Source: an uncultured Nitrospiraceae bacterium (GTDB lineage Bacteria; Nitrospirota; Thermodesulfovibrionia; Thermodesulfovibrionales; UBA6898). Taken from it: 64,000 bases of DNA. The stretch covers positions 320,001 through 384,000 of the forward strand of contig CAWEQH010000010.1 of assembly GCA_963811165.1 (NCBI GenBank), given 5' to 3'. Of this stretch, positions 11,476 through 21,740 are shown piece by piece (position 1 is the stretch's first letter; each line of letters opens with the position of its first letter). The notes beneath the pieces were generated by a model. That model was given only the letters and a program-made list of their open reading frames with translations. It did not search any database and was not told where the DNA came from. The translations under genes and the position numbers were made by a program.

Positions 11476-13096
11476 GCCTTTTTATTGCAGAGAAGACGAA
11501 TTCCTGCAAGAGTTTATTCCCGTCGTTTCTGTGTTTGTTCAGAATTTGAAGTGCATCCTTATTTCCAAGAAGGCCGAGACAATATGCAGCGCATGCCCTG
11601 TTCTCGTCGTTTTTTGCCCTTCCGAAAAAAGTCTTCTTTTTGAAAATGCCGACGATCGAAGTATATACCTCCTCGTCCTTCCACTGAGAAAGGACCTCAA
11701 AATATTCTTTTTTTTCCTCAAAGTCCTTTTCCTTGAAATTCTTGTCGGCCAACTTGTTCATGATGATCCTTTTGGGAGCCTCTGACCTAATGTTCCCAAG
11801 CGCCCTCAGCGCAGCGGACCTCACCTGGATCTCAGGGTCATCAAGACATTCTCTGAGCATCTGTAAAACCCCACCACCACCGAGTTCTCCGAGCGCTCGA
11901 ATGACCTCTTTTTTGACCCTGATATCGCCGTGCCTGACCGTTTTTAGGAGATAATCTACCGCCCTCTTATCCCCTATTTTCCTAAGTATGTAGATTATGT
12001 TTCGCACGACATACCAGCGAGAGTCGCTTAGCCCTTTAGCGAGAGTCGTAATATCCTTCGTCCCTAAAAGGATGAGGGCATCAATTACGATCTTCCTCGC
12101 ATGGATACTTTTCAGCTCCCCCAGTATCTTCATGAAGGGCACGATCGCGTTTTTATCAAGAAGCCTGACGAAATCTTCAAAGATTTTTTCTTCCATCTCC
12201 TGGCCGCTGTCGAGTATCTCTCCCAGGAGACTGATTATGGATTCATTCCCCGCCAGCAGAAGTATCTTCTTCGCCAATCTCCTTCTTTCCTCCTCCTCAT
12301 TCTTGTCGTCGAGCATCTTTTTGAAACGTGACAGTGAGCGCGTTACCAACTGGATATCGCTGCGACCTATCGAGTACTCGATAGAATTAGCGAAAAAAAC
12401 GACAATGTCGTCGAAATCTTCTTTTGACTGCTGCAAATACATCATCTCGAACAAAATATCCATCAGCTTATCCGCCTTGTCCTCCGAATCTCTTTCAAAT
12501 TCCTGTAGCAGAAGCTGGAGATCCTTGTCCGACAGCGGTACGATAGAGACGTCATGCACCGTCTCTTCCTTGAATGCATCTTCGTATGCCCTCATAAGAG
12601 AGTCCTGCTGGGGCTCTTTTTCCTTGATTGCACTGACGGCGCCCTCCTCATAATCATCCTCGTCGGCTAGGATCGTCTCGTCCACAACATACTGTATGTT
12701 CTGGAAGTCCTTTTCCCAAAACAAGGTTACGATGTCGTCGTCAAGAGCATCGCGATTGAAATCCAGAGAGATGATCTTCAGAAAATCTTCCATCTCGTCG
12801 GGGGCGAGCCCTTTTCTAAAAGTAATTTCTCTAAGTCCGTCTTTGAAGAAAAAAAGGGCAAGATTATCTTCTTTTTCGGAACTACTATAGACCTGCTCGG
12901 AATCATAATTGATCTCGTTTTGCTTTATCTTGAAGCTCAATTCATCTTTGTAATAGAAAAATTCCTTGAATTTATTGAAATCATCGCCGATGGTATTAAT
13001 GTAAATGGGGTTATTTGACGGATACATCCTCAGTATCTTCTTTGATTTAAGAAAAGACTGGATTACGTCTCTGGCCTTTTTAAGTTCTTCGCTCAT
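11459..13096 (-). CDS. HEAT-repeat protein
   Basis: Repeats LSDSRWYVVRNIIYILRKIG, HGDIRVKKEVIRALGELG, LDDPEIQVRSAALRALGNI; stop overlaps HD-GYP start. Confidence 0.85.
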   Translation of the reverse strand: MSEELKKARDVIQSFLKSKKILRMYPSNNPIYINTIGDDFNKFKEFFYYKDELSFKIKQNEINYDSEQVYSSSEKEDNLALFFFKDGLREITFRKGLAPDEMEDFLKIISLDFNRDALDDDIVTLFWEKDFQNIQYVVDETILADEDDYEEGAVSAIKEKEPQQDSLMRAYEDAFKEETVHDVSIVPLSDKDLQLLLQEFERDSEDKADKLMDILFEMMYLQQSKEDFDDIVVFFANSIEYSIGRSDIQLVTRSLSRFKKMLDDKNEEEERRRLAKKILLLAGNESIISLLGEILDSGQEMEEKIFEDFVRLLDKNAIVPFMKILGELKSIHARKIVIDALILLGTKDITTLAKGLSDSRWYVVRNIIYILRKIGDKRAVDYLLKTVRHGDIRVKKEVIRALGELGGGGVLQMLRECLDDPEIQVRSAALRALGNIRSEAPKRIIMNKLADKNFKEKDFEEKKEYFEVLSQWKDEEVYTSIVGIFKKKTFFGRAKNDENRACAAYCLGLLGNKDALQILNKHRNDGNKLLQEFVFSAIKRLEYGQ

Positions 13097-13142
13097 AAAT
13101 TCCGGGACCCGCCCTTATGGCTCACGTGAAGTGTCCCTATAG

Positions 13143-13421
13143 CTATACGAGGGACACTCTCCTCTCCCTAGCAAAATTTCTAATTATCATGGTGGCTGAG
13201 AACAGCCTCTGGAGCCTCAGGTTTCTGCTTCGTATTGCTACTACATCATGTGTGGGAAACCTTTCGGCCCGCACCTCATTTTGGACCTTCGATATCTCAA
13301 GATAAAAATCGCGCAACGTTTCGGGTTCAAAGGATTTCAAGAACAAGGGATTCACCACCACGTATCCCTCCGCAATATCCCGAATAGTCGCTTTTAAACT
13401 CTTTCCCCTTACGTTAGACAC
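13143..13421 (-). CDS. Hypothetical protein (~92 aa) coupled to tatC
   Basis: GTG start overlaps tatC stop; ORF fills the gap in a same-strand operon. Confidence 0.6.
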   Translation of the reverse strand: MSNVRGKSLKATIRDIAEGYVVVNPLFLKSFEPETLRDFYLEISKVQNEVRAERFPTHDVVAIRSRNLRLQRLFSATMIIRNFARERRVSLV

Positions 13422-14184
13422 GCTCTTTCTTCCTGTATAAAAACCTGGATAATAGTATACCAATTTCATAAAGAATAATTATAGGCACCGCCATGAGGGT
13501 CTGATTGAATGCGTCAGGTGTCGGCGTGAGGATGGCTCCGGCGACGAACGCAAAAAGCACGGCGAACTTTCTATTTTTGGCAAGCGCGGCGGGAGTTACA
13601 ATACCCAGCCGAGTAAGAAAAATAATCACAAGCGGAAGTTCAAAGATAACACCAAAGGCGAGCACGAATTTAAGACAGAAATCAACGTAGCTGCCAACAG
13701 ACAACATAGGTGTCATGTTCTGAGTCTTATATCCGAGCAGGAAGGTTATCGCAAAAGGAAGCACGATAATAAAGCAAAAAAATGCACCGAAGACAAACAG
13801 GGCCGTTGCAAAAAACACAAAAGGCAACACATATTTTCTCTCTTTGCTTAGGAGTCCGGGAGAGATAAAGCGCCAGAGTTGGTAAAAAATTATCGGGAGA
13901 CAGAGGATCAGAGCAGCAACGAGAGAAACCTTGAGATGCATCCAAAATGCCTCGGCTGGCGCCAGGAAGACCAGGGGGGCAGCCGTCTTCTTGAGTATCT
14001 GGATATGGGGGGAATGGAGAGTGAACTTCAGTTCGGCCCTGAGCGGAAAAGTGATGACATCAAAGATCTTCTCGGAATAATTGAAGACCCCGACAAACAA
14101 GATTAATACCGCCGCAAGAGAAAGCAAAATTCTCTTTCGAAGTTCGGTGAGATGTTCAGTTAAAGGCATCTTGAAATTTTCCAA
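13414..14184 (-). CDS. tatC: Twin-arginine translocase TatC
   Basis: MPLTEHLTELRKR, YQLWRFISPGL, FGVIFELP, AILTPTPD. Confidence 0.95.
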   Translation of the reverse strand: MENFKMPLTEHLTELRKRILLSLAAVLILFVGVFNYSEKIFDVITFPLRAELKFTLHSPHIQILKKTAAPLVFLAPAEAFWMHLKVSLVAALILCLPIIFYQLWRFISPGLLSKERKYVLPFVFFATALFVFGAFFCFIIVLPFAITFLLGYKTQNMTPMLSVGSYVDFCLKFVLAFGVIFELPLVIIFLTRLGIVTPAALAKNRKFAVLFAFVAGAILTPTPDAFNQTLMAVPIIILYEIGILLSRFLYRKKERV

Positions 14185-14454
14185 TTATCCCTCTTCTTTC
14201 CTTTCTTCCTGGGCATGCGTCTCTTTGTTTTCCTCCCCTCCTGCCATATGACTCATCTTCATTCCTTCGCCCGATACGTTTTTAGAATCACGAAAGTCAG
14301 CCTCCATCTGTATTTTGGCATTCTGCATGCCATCTCTGATCGCCATGACCCACTTCCCCAGAGTCCTGGCAACCTCGGGAAGTCTTTCCGGTCCGAAGAC
14401 AAGCAGCGCGACCAAAAAAATGATTATGAGCTCCTGGAATCCTATATCAAACAC
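14185..14454 (-). CDS. tatB: Twin-arginine translocase TatB (TatA/B family)
   Basis: MFDIGFQEL...LLVFGPERLPEVARTLG, directly upstream of tatC. Confidence 0.85.
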   Translation of the reverse strand: MFDIGFQELIIIFLVALLVFGPERLPEVARTLGKWVMAIRDGMQNAKIQMEADFRDSKNVSGEGMKMSHMAGGEENKETHAQEERKEEG

Positions 14455-14486
14455 TACATGCCCCGGAAGAATCCAGAGAGGAAGGA

Positions 14487-15272
14487 CTATTCTTCTTCAA
14501 TAATCTTTTTGATCTCCTTCTTTTCTTCGGGAGGCGTGTAGCTGAGGGATATCAGAATTCTGTATTCGGGCGTTCTTTTGTTTAAGTCCACGCCCATGCC
14601 AATCGTGGTATAAATGGAATCAGTAGTCTTTATTCTGTACCCGAACCGCGCCTCGACCTGGTCGTATTGATTGGAAAAATAGCTCTTTCTTACCAGAAGC
14701 TCCCCGAGCATCTTAAAGTTGTGAGCGGCGGAAAACTCTATGCCCCCCAAAAAAGTAACTTCCTCCCTGAGCTGTCCCGACCCCGGCCTTTCATAAAAAA
14801 AATTCATATGCCCCTTGAAAGGGCCGACTCTCTTGCTCATAATGAACCCTATGCCGTACCCGCCGTGAGTACTGAACTCCGCGCGACCATTATCGATAGA
14901 TGCATTAATCAAATAGGCAAGAGAGGGTCCGTATTTCCCCTCATCATAGAACCTGTGTTTGAATCCTACGGCGATATCTTCCATACCATCCAATGTGGTA
15001 TCGAAGTTGTAAACATAGGGGACCGTCATATTGAATTCGATGGAATCGGAAATGCCATAGGCAGTCCTAAGACTGAACCGGTAAAAATCAGGGTCTTTAG
15101 ATTTTTCGAAGGCTGTCTCTACGGCCACTTTTGTCTTAGGAAGGCTTTCTGCACTAAAGGTAGAAAAGATGCTGTTGGGGGCAACCGGTTGGAGGCCGGA
15201 AACATCGAATGCGAAAGATGACCCCGAAAAAAAAAGAATCACTACTACTACAAAAATGGTTCTATTCATCAT
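14487..15272 (-). CDS. Exported, probably outer-membrane beta-barrel protein
   Basis: Signal peptide ending SFA; alternating aromatic/polar beta-strand pattern; EDIAVGFKHRF. Confidence 0.55.
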   Translation of the reverse strand: MMNRTIFVVVVILFFSGSSFAFDVSGLQPVAPNSIFSTFSAESLPKTKVAVETAFEKSKDPDFYRFSLRTAYGISDSIEFNMTVPYVYNFDTTLDGMEDIAVGFKHRFYDEGKYGPSLAYLINASIDNGRAEFSTHGGYGIGFIMSKRVGPFKGHMNFFYERPGSGQLREEVTFLGGIEFSAAHNFKMLGELLVRKSYFSNQYDQVEARFGYRIKTTDSIYTTIGMGVDLNKRTPEYRILISLSYTPPEEKKEIKKIIEEE

Positions 15273-15357
15273 TAGAAAAATAACAGAAAAATCCCAGACT
15301 GTCAATGAAGCGCAGCTTTTTTGAAGACAAGTTCGTCTGCATTTCATCCGCATTTCG

Positions 15358-15387
15358 TTGACAAGTAGCTGGTTTTCACACTATAAT
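15358..15387 (+). promoter_or_regulatory. sigma70 promoter of trxA operon
   Basis: Perfect TTGACA-18 nt-TATAAT followed by AGGAGG SD. Confidence 0.8.
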
Positions 15388-15414
15388 GTGACTACATTTC
15401 TGAGGAGGTATTAT

Positions 15415-15747
15415 ATGGCTGAAGGAGTTCTTGAAGTAACGACCGCAACGTGGGAACAGGAAGTGTTGAATGAGAGCGGACTTGTGCTGATCGATTTCTG
15501 GGCGGTATGGTGCGGGCCTTGCCGCATGATAGCACCGACCGTTGAGGAACTTGCTAAGGAATACGCGGGCAAGGTCAAAGTCGTAAAGTTAAATACCGAT
15601 GAAAACCCAGAAATAGCAAGTCGATACAAAATAATGGGAATCCCGACGCTCATGTTTTTCAAGGCGGGTCAAAAAGTAGATCAGATCGTCGGTGCCGTAC
15701 CAAAGCCTCAACTCAAGGCTAAACTCGACTCGCTGATTACTGCCTGA
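15415..15747 (+). CDS. trxA: Thioredoxin
   Basis: [16 protein letters not shown] 15415 after GAGGAGG. Confidence 0.95.
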   Translation: MAEGVLEVTTATWEQEVLNESGLVLIDFWAVWCGPCRMIAPTVEELAKEYAGKVKVVKLNTDENPEIASRYKIMGIPTLMFFKAGQKVDQIVGAVPKPQLKAKLDSLITA

Positions 15748-15815
15748 AAGTCCTGCTCTTTTCATGAGCAATCAGTAATTTTAATTAACTTCAAAATATT
15801 TCCGAGGGGTGATTT

Positions 15816-16337
15816 GTGAAAAGATTATTACTTCTTTTTTTTCTTCTCACGGCATTCTGTCTTGTTTCTTGCTCAAGGGGCGACAACGGAATGAAGAAGT
15901 CTTCCCTGGCGCAGACTGCGGGCACGGCACCCGATTTTGCCTTGAAAGACATCGAAGGCAAAAATGTACAATTGTCCCAATACAAGGGGAAATTGGTTGT
16001 CGTGGAATTTTGGGCTACATGGTGTCCTCCCTGTAAGGCAACGATACCGGAACTGATCGCGGTACAGGAGAAATATGGGGACAAGGGGCTGGTAGTGCTA
16101 GGGGTTTCCATCGATGAAGGCGATGATCTGCGCTCTAAACTCTTGGCCTTTTCAAAAGAACACAAAATCAATTACCCTGTTTTGCTCGGCAATGAAGAGG
16201 TCTCAAAGGCTTACGGTGTTATGAGTGTCCCGGAGACGGTTCTTGTCGGTAAGGACCAGAAAATTATCAGCGCATACAAAGGATACGTTGATAATCTCGA
16301 GAACCTCATATCCCAACAGATAGAAAAAAACCTATAG
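15816..16337 (+). CDS. TlpA/ResA-family redoxin lipoprotein
   Basis: Lipobox LVSC, APDFAL, FWATWCPPC. Confidence 0.88.
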   Translation: MKRLLLLFFLLTAFCLVSCSRGDNGMKKSSLAQTAGTAPDFALKDIEGKNVQLSQYKGKLVVVEFWATWCPPCKATIPELIAVQEKYGDKGLVVLGVSIDEGDDLRSKLLAFSKEHKINYPVLLGNEEVSKAYGVMSVPETVLVGKDQKIISAYKGYVDNLENLISQQIEKNL

Positions 16338-16342
16338 AATTT

Positions 16343-17663
16343 ATGTTCGAAAATATAAGCGAAAAGTTAGATTCAATACTGAAGAAGCTGAAGGGGAAGG
16401 GTCTCCTCAAAGCGGAGGATATCGAGACCGCACTGAAAGAAATCAGACTCGCCCTGCTTGAGGCAGATGTCCATTTCAAAGTCGTCAAGGATTTAATCGA
16501 AAGGATCAAGTCAAAGGCCGTTGGAGAAGAAGTGCTGGAGAGTCTCACTCCGGGACAGCAGGTAGTCAAGATCGTTAACGCTGAACTTTGCGAACTTCTC
16601 GGAAGATCACAGAGTAAAATTGCACTTTCGCCGAACCCTCCTACAGTAATCATGATGATAGGTCTCCAGGGCTCGGGCAAGACCACTACCGCGGCAAAGC
16701 TGGCGAGGCACTTCAAGAAGGAGGGAAGACGGCCGTTACTTGTTGCGTGCGACCTCCAAAGACCCGCAGCCATCGACCAGTTGCGTACCCTGGGGAAACA
16801 ATTGGATGTTGGAGTCTACTCATCCACTGACACAAAAGACCCTGTTGCCGTCGCCCTCGAATCGCTGAGCAAGGCAAAAGTTGAAGCACACGACATAGTG
16901 ATAATAGATACCGCGGGCAGACTCCACATCGACGAGTCCCTCATGGGCGAGTTGAAGAACATCAAGGAAAAAGTCTCTCCGAAGGAAACACTGCTCGTTG
17001 CCGATTCAATGACGGGACAGGATGCCGTGACGATAGCAAAACATTTCAATGAACAGATCGGAATCGACGGTATTATACTTACCAAGATGGATGGAGATGC
17101 GAGGGGCGGCGGCCGCCCTGTCGATCAGGGCCGTTACGCAGAAGCCGATCAAGTTCATCGGGGTGGGCGAAAAAATAGATGCGCTTGAGCCTTTTTACCC
17201 CGACAGAATCGCATCGAGAATCCTTGGAATGGGTGACATGCTGAGTCTCATCGAACAGGCCCAGCAGTCTTTCGACCAAAGAGAAGCTGAAACTCTCCAG
17301 AAAAGGATTATCGAGGATTCATTCACATTCGACGACTTAAGGGAGCAATTGAAGAAGATCAGGAGTATGGGGCCTCTTGAAAGCATTCTGGGGATGATCC
17401 CCGGGTTCAATAAGGTCAAGAACGTGAACGTCGACGAAAGGGAGTTCGTAAAGATTGAGGCGATCATCAGTTCCATGACGAGGAAGGAAAAGACAAATCA
17501 TAACCTTCTGAACGGGAGCAGGAGGAAAAGGATAGCGTTGGGCAGCGGGACAAACGTTGCCGATGTAAACAGGGTCATAAAACAGTATGTTGAACTGAGG
17601 AAGATGCTGAAGATGTTCAAAGGCAAGAAGAACCTGAAACTCCCTAAGATGTTCCCCTTTTGA
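16343..17663 (+). CDS. ffh: Signal recognition particle protein Ffh, split by a +1 frameshift at ~17111
   Basis: [24 protein letters not shown] in one frame; AALSI...GVGEK...SMTRKE...SRRKRIA M-domain in the next frame. Confidence 0.93.
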
Positions 17664-17724
17664 CGGACTTTACTTTACAAACCGTAATAGATTAAAATTT
17701 CTCATATTTTATAGGAGGTGTTTT

Positions 17725-17961
17725 TTGGTAAAAATCAGACTGACAAGATTGGGAGCTCATAAAAAACCATTTTACAGGCTTATTGTAGCAGATTCGAGGG
17801 CGAGAAGGGACGGTCCTTTTATCGAGATACTCGGAACGTACGATCCTCTCAAAGAACCTTCTGAAATCAAGATAGATTTGGAAAAAGCGAAGTATTGGCT
17901 GCAGAAGGGGGCACAGGCTACGGACACCGCGAAGAAGCTGATGCAAAAGGCTGGCATATAG
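17725..17961 (+). CDS. rpsP: 30S ribosomal protein S16
   Basis: [21 protein letters not shown] start after AGGAGGT. Confidence 0.97.
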   Translation: MVKIRLTRLGAHKKPFYRLIVADSRARRDGPFIEILGTYDPLKEPSEIKIDLEKAKYWLQKGAQATDTAKKLMQKAGI

Positions 17962-17991
17962 GCCGTCAATTTTTCACACGGAGGTAGACAA

Positions 17992-18222
17992 ATGAAAGAG
18001 TTGGTCGAGAGGATGGCAAAGGCATTGGTGGACAAACCTGAAGACGTTTCGGTGAATGAAATCGATGGGGAGAAAACTACTGTATATGAACTCAAGGTTG
18101 CGTCTACGGACCTGGGGAAGGTTATAGGAAAACAGGGAAAGACCGCCCGTGCGATGAGGACCATCCTTAGCGCCTCGGGTACGAAGATCGGAAAACGCTG
18201 CGTACTCGAAATTCTCGAATAA
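17992..18222 (+). CDS. khpA: KH-domain RNA-binding protein KhpA
   Basis: [17 protein letters not shown], located between rpsP and rimM. Confidence 0.9.
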   Translation: MKELVERMAKALVDKPEDVSVNEIDGEKTTVYELKVASTDLGKVIGKQGKTARAMRTILSASGTKIGKRCVLEILE

Positions 18223-18224
18223 TT

Positions 18225-18752
18225 CTGCCGGAAGGGCCGGAGGGAAATAGGCCGAGACTCACCGTCTTAGCAAAAATCATAAAGGAATGGGGGGTAAAGG
18301 GAGAAATGAAGGCCCTTCCCCTCTCTGAAAGGTTCTCCTCCCTCAGGCCGGACGAAGTCGTGTACCTTCAAATCAATGACACTGTCCGACGATGCTCGAT
18401 CAAATCCCTGCGAAAACTCAACAGTCATTTTGCAGTCTCATTTCATGATGTCACAGACAGGGATATGGCCTCGCTGTACCGGGGTGCTTTTCTCACTTTC
18501 CCGTTTGAGGCAAAGGGTCTGCGCGCAGGGGAGTTTCTTTATGAAGATATAATAGGCCTTGCCGTGATTTCGACCGGCGGGAATAAGATCGGTGATGTCG
18601 TCGACATATTTAATAATAGAGCACATGACGTGTATGTGGTGAGGATGGGCAGGAAAGAATATTTGCTGCCGGCGGTAAAGGAATTTATCAGAGATATTAT
18701 TATAGCTGAAAAGAGAATTATCGTGAGCGAAATAAAAGGACTGTTCGAATAA
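18225..18752 (+). CDS. rimM: Ribosome maturation factor RimM (probable non-canonical start)
   Basis: In-frame LAKIIKEWGVKGEMK lies upstream of first ATG (18306); EFLYEDIIG, HDVYVV, LLPAVKEFI; position between khpA and trmD. Confidence 0.85.
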   Translation: MPEGPEGNRPRLTVLAKIIKEWGVKGEMKALPLSERFSSLRPDEVVYLQINDTVRRCSIKSLRKLNSHFAVSFHDVTDRDMASLYRGAFLTFPFEAKGLRAGEFLYEDIIGLAVISTGGNKIGDVVDIFNNRAHDVYVVRMGRKEYLLPAVKEFIRDIIIAEKRIIVSEIKGLFE

Positions 18753-18753
18753 A

Positions 18754-19491
18754 ATGAAGTTCAGCATCGTTACGATTTTCCCTGAGATGGTCCATGCCTA
18801 TTTCACCGCGAGCATTATGAAGAGGGCAATCAGCAGCGGCCTCATACATGTGGCCGTCCACAATCTGCGTGACTATACCACCGACAAACACAAGACTGTT
18901 GATGACTACCCATATGGCGGCGGCGCGGGTATGGTCATGAAGCCGGAGCCTTTTTTCAAGATCATGGAGAACCTATGGCCTCAAAAAGAAAAGAGGAGGA
19001 TCATTCTTCTAAGCCCGAAGGGGCGGTTGTTCGATCAGGAGCTGGGGGAGGAACTTTCCAGGGAAGAGAAAGAAATTGTTTTTCTTTGCGGTAGGTATGA
19101 GGCGATAGACGAAAGAGTGAGGGAACAGCTGGCGGACGACGAAATTTCTATCGGCGATTATGTTTTGACTGGCGGAGAACTGCCTGCTTTGGTTATAATA
19201 GACGTTGTCGCCAGATTGATTCCCGGAGTGCTGGGCGACAGTCGTTCTTCTGAAGAAGACTCTTTTACGTGCGGCCTGCTCGACCATCCGCATTATACAA
19301 GGCCGGAGAACTTCAGGGGGATGGAAGTGCCGGAAGTGCTTCTTTCCGGCAACCATAGCGAGATAAGGAAATGGCGGAAAAAACAGTCGCTGAGACTGAC
19401 ACTTGAAAAAAGGCCGGCGCTTATCAACAAGTTTTTACTGGAACCGGGAGATAAAGAAATTTTGGATAAACTCGAGGAGGAACGGAAATGA
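18754..19491 (+). CDS. trmD: tRNA (guanine-N1)-methyltransferase TrmD
   Basis: [34 protein letters not shown]. Confidence 0.97.
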   Translation: MKFSIVTIFPEMVHAYFTASIMKRAISSGLIHVAVHNLRDYTTDKHKTVDDYPYGGGAGMVMKPEPFFKIMENLWPQKEKRRIILLSPKGRLFDQELGEELSREEKEIVFLCGRYEAIDERVREQLADDEISIGDYVLTGGELPALVIIDVVARLIPGVLGDSRSSEEDSFTCGLLDHPHYTRPENFRGMEVPEVLLSGNHSEIRKWRKKQSLRLTLEKRPALINKFLLEPGDKEILDKLEEERK

Positions 19492-19838
19492 ACTTAGTCG
19501 CAGCAGTCGAAGAGGGCTTCAAGAGAGACCTCGGACAATTCAATATTGGGGATACGGTGAAGGTCTTCGTCAAGGTCGTAGAAGGGGACAAAGAGAGGAT
19601 ACAGCCTTTCCAGGGGGCTGTCATAGGCAAGAAGGGAAGCGGTACGAGGGCAATGTTTACCGTTAGGAAGGTTTCATTCGGAATCGGGGTGGAAAGGATA
19701 TTCCCCGTTTGCTCATCGGTGGTCGGCAAGGTTGAAGTCGTCAAAAGGGGAGACGTGAGAAAGGCAAAGCTGTACTATCTTCGCGGGAAGAAGGGGAAAT
19801 CTGCGAAGATAAAAGAAAAAGGGTTATCGGTAGAATAA
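19488..19838 (+). CDS. rplS: 50S ribosomal protein L19
   Basis: [31 protein letters not shown]. Confidence 0.97.
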   Translation: MNLVAAVEEGFKRDLGQFNIGDTVKVFVKVVEGDKERIQPFQGAVIGKKGSGTRAMFTVRKVSFGIGVERIFPVCSSVVGKVEVVKRGDVRKAKLYYLRGKKGKSAKIKEKGLSVE

Positions 19839-19848
19839 GCACGTCGTT

Positions 19849-20457
19849 GTGGGCATCTACCACCATGATGCGTCCTTGAGGCAGATGGGCCATGCGGTCA
19901 TAGCGGGAATTGATGAGGCGGGAAGAGGACCGATTGCAGGGCCTGTTGTGGCAGCCGCAGTTGTCCTAAGTGACGATATCAGGATTAAGGGGCTTCGCGA
20001 TTCCAAGAAGGTTCCTGAGAAAGAAAGAGAGAGTCTCTTTTGGGATGTTCTCTGTGCCGCAAAAGGAATTGGTGTCGGGATAGCAGAACATGACGAAATC
20101 GACAGGATCAACATCCTTCAATCGACCAAACTCGCAATGAAGCGGGCCCTTGAAGATTTGGAGCTTATGCCGGACATGCTTGTTATCGATGCGGTCGCCC
20201 TTCCCGCCGTTTCGATCAGGCAGATATCACTGTTTAAGGCTGAATCCAAAAGTGCGTCTGTTGCGGCAGCATCGATTATCGCTAAATATGTGAGGGACTC
20301 TATTATGCTTCGATATCATGAAGTCTACCCGCAGTACAATTTCAAGAGACACAAAGGGTACGGCACCAAAGAACATCTCGGGCTGATAATGCTTCACGGT
20401 CCCTCTCCTATCCATAGAAAATCTTACGCCGGCGTTATGTCTCTTCCCCTTTTCTGA
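19849..20457 (+). CDS. rnhB: Ribonuclease HII
   Basis: AGIDEAGRGPIAGPV, DSKK, AAASIIAK, HKGYGT. Confidence 0.95.
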   Translation: MGIYHHDASLRQMGHAVIAGIDEAGRGPIAGPVVAAAVVLSDDIRIKGLRDSKKVPEKERESLFWDVLCAAKGIGVGIAEHDEIDRINILQSTKLAMKRALEDLELMPDMLVIDAVALPAVSIRQISLFKAESKSASVAAASIIAKYVRDSIMLRYHEVYPQYNFKRHKGYGTKEHLGLIMLHGPSPIHRKSYAGVMSLPLF

Positions 20458-20514
20458 GCCTTCTTAAATCTTTTCATTGAAATTATTAATTCGGTACCTA
20501 TAAAATAAAAAACT

Positions 20515-21180
20515 ATGGGAACCATAACCGATAGAGAGAGAATCGACGAGGCACTGGAACTCATTTGGGTATTGGAGGAGGAGGGCCATCGTGAGGTTGA
20601 CCGTTTTAGTCTCAGTTCCGACGATGCGGACGTCGCCGTGCTTTTAGATACCCTCAAGGATGAGGGCCTTGTGAACATAAGCGACGGCTCGATCCATCTC
20701 ACAGAAAGAGGCCGCAAGATGGCAAAGGGTCTGATCAGAAGACAGCGTTTGGCAGAGAGGCTCTTCACGGATGTATTCGAGATGCCGGAGAACACCGTTT
20801 TGGACGATGCATGCAAAATGGAACATATCCTCAGCGAGGAGCTTACGGAAAGCGTATGCATTTTCCTTGGACACCCCCCGACATGCCCTCATGGAAAACC
20901 GATCCCCAGAGGAGAATGTTGCAAGAAGCTGAAAGTGGAGGTGACGCCGGTCGTAACGAGACTGTCGGAATTCGAGGTCGGTGCGACAGGAAAGATCACT
21001 TTTATCGTCCCTTCAGACCCCTCGAGGCTCAGCAAACTCAATTCGCTGGGTATTTCTGCCGGAAGTGTCATTAAATTCGTCCAAAAAGTACCTTCCTGCG
21101 TTTTGCAGATCGATGAAACGACCGTAGCAATCGATCCCGAAATAGCCAGGGAGATATATCTGAAAAAAGTAGTAAAATAA
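20515..21180 (+). CDS. DtxR/MntR-family metal-dependent regulator with C-terminal FeoA domain
   Basis: LTERG...RRQRLAE, ACKMEH, HPPTCPHGKPIP, FeoA-like C-terminus. Confidence 0.85.
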   Translation: MGTITDRERIDEALELIWVLEEEGHREVDRFSLSSDDADVAVLLDTLKDEGLVNISDGSIHLTERGRKMAKGLIRRQRLAERLFTDVFEMPENTVLDDACKMEHILSEELTESVCIFLGHPPTCPHGKPIPRGECCKKLKVEVTPVVTRLSEFEVGATGKITFIVPSDPSRLSKLNSLGISAGSVIKFVQKVPSCVLQIDETTVAIDPEIAREIYLKKVVK

Positions 21181-21243
21181 CTTTTCCCCCGACAGATTTT
21201 TTTGTTGTCATTACATTGTCTTTTTTTGTATGGTTAATACGAT

Positions 21244-21696
21244 ATGAAGGAGCGCGAAAGAATATCGGCCGATGAGCTCTTCAGTAACGGCCTTCGTCTC
21301 TTGGATGAAGCAAATATCCTGGGCGCCCTTGCCTGCTTTGAAAAGGCCCATATCCATGAAAAGTCACCCATAATCCAGTCCTATCTGGCCTACTGTATAG
21401 CGATGGAGAGGGGCCAAATCTCAGATGCCCTAGACCTCTGCCGGGCTGCCATCGAAGCGGAGCCTCACAACCCCGAACATTATCTGAATCTCGCGAGGGT
21501 TTATTTGAAGGCAAAAAGAAAGGACGAGGCGATAGCGGCGCTGAGAAAGGGACTTTCTTTCGGCGACAATAGGGAAATAAGGGTACTTCTGGAACGCCTT
21601 GGGCTCCGCAAGAAGCCAGTTTTTTCCTTTCTGCCAAGGAACAGTTTTCTGAATAAATACCTGGGCCTTATTCTCAGGCAACTCAGGTTGCGATGA
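21244..21696 (+). CDS. Tetratricopeptide repeat protein
   Basis: TPR pattern (CRAAIEAEPHNPEHYLNLARVY...EAIAALRKG); C-terminal LGLRKKPVFSFLPRNSFLNKYLG. Confidence 0.8.
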   Translation: MKERERISADELFSNGLRLLDEANILGALACFEKAHIHEKSPIIQSYLAYCIAMERGQISDALDLCRAAIEAEPHNPEHYLNLARVYLKAKRKDEAIAALRKGLSFGDNREIRVLLERLGLRKKPVFSFLPRNSFLNKYLGLILRQLRLR

Positions 21697-21740
21697 TCTT
21701 TTCAAAGTAACCAGGCAACCTCATTCATGAAAGTACCCTG

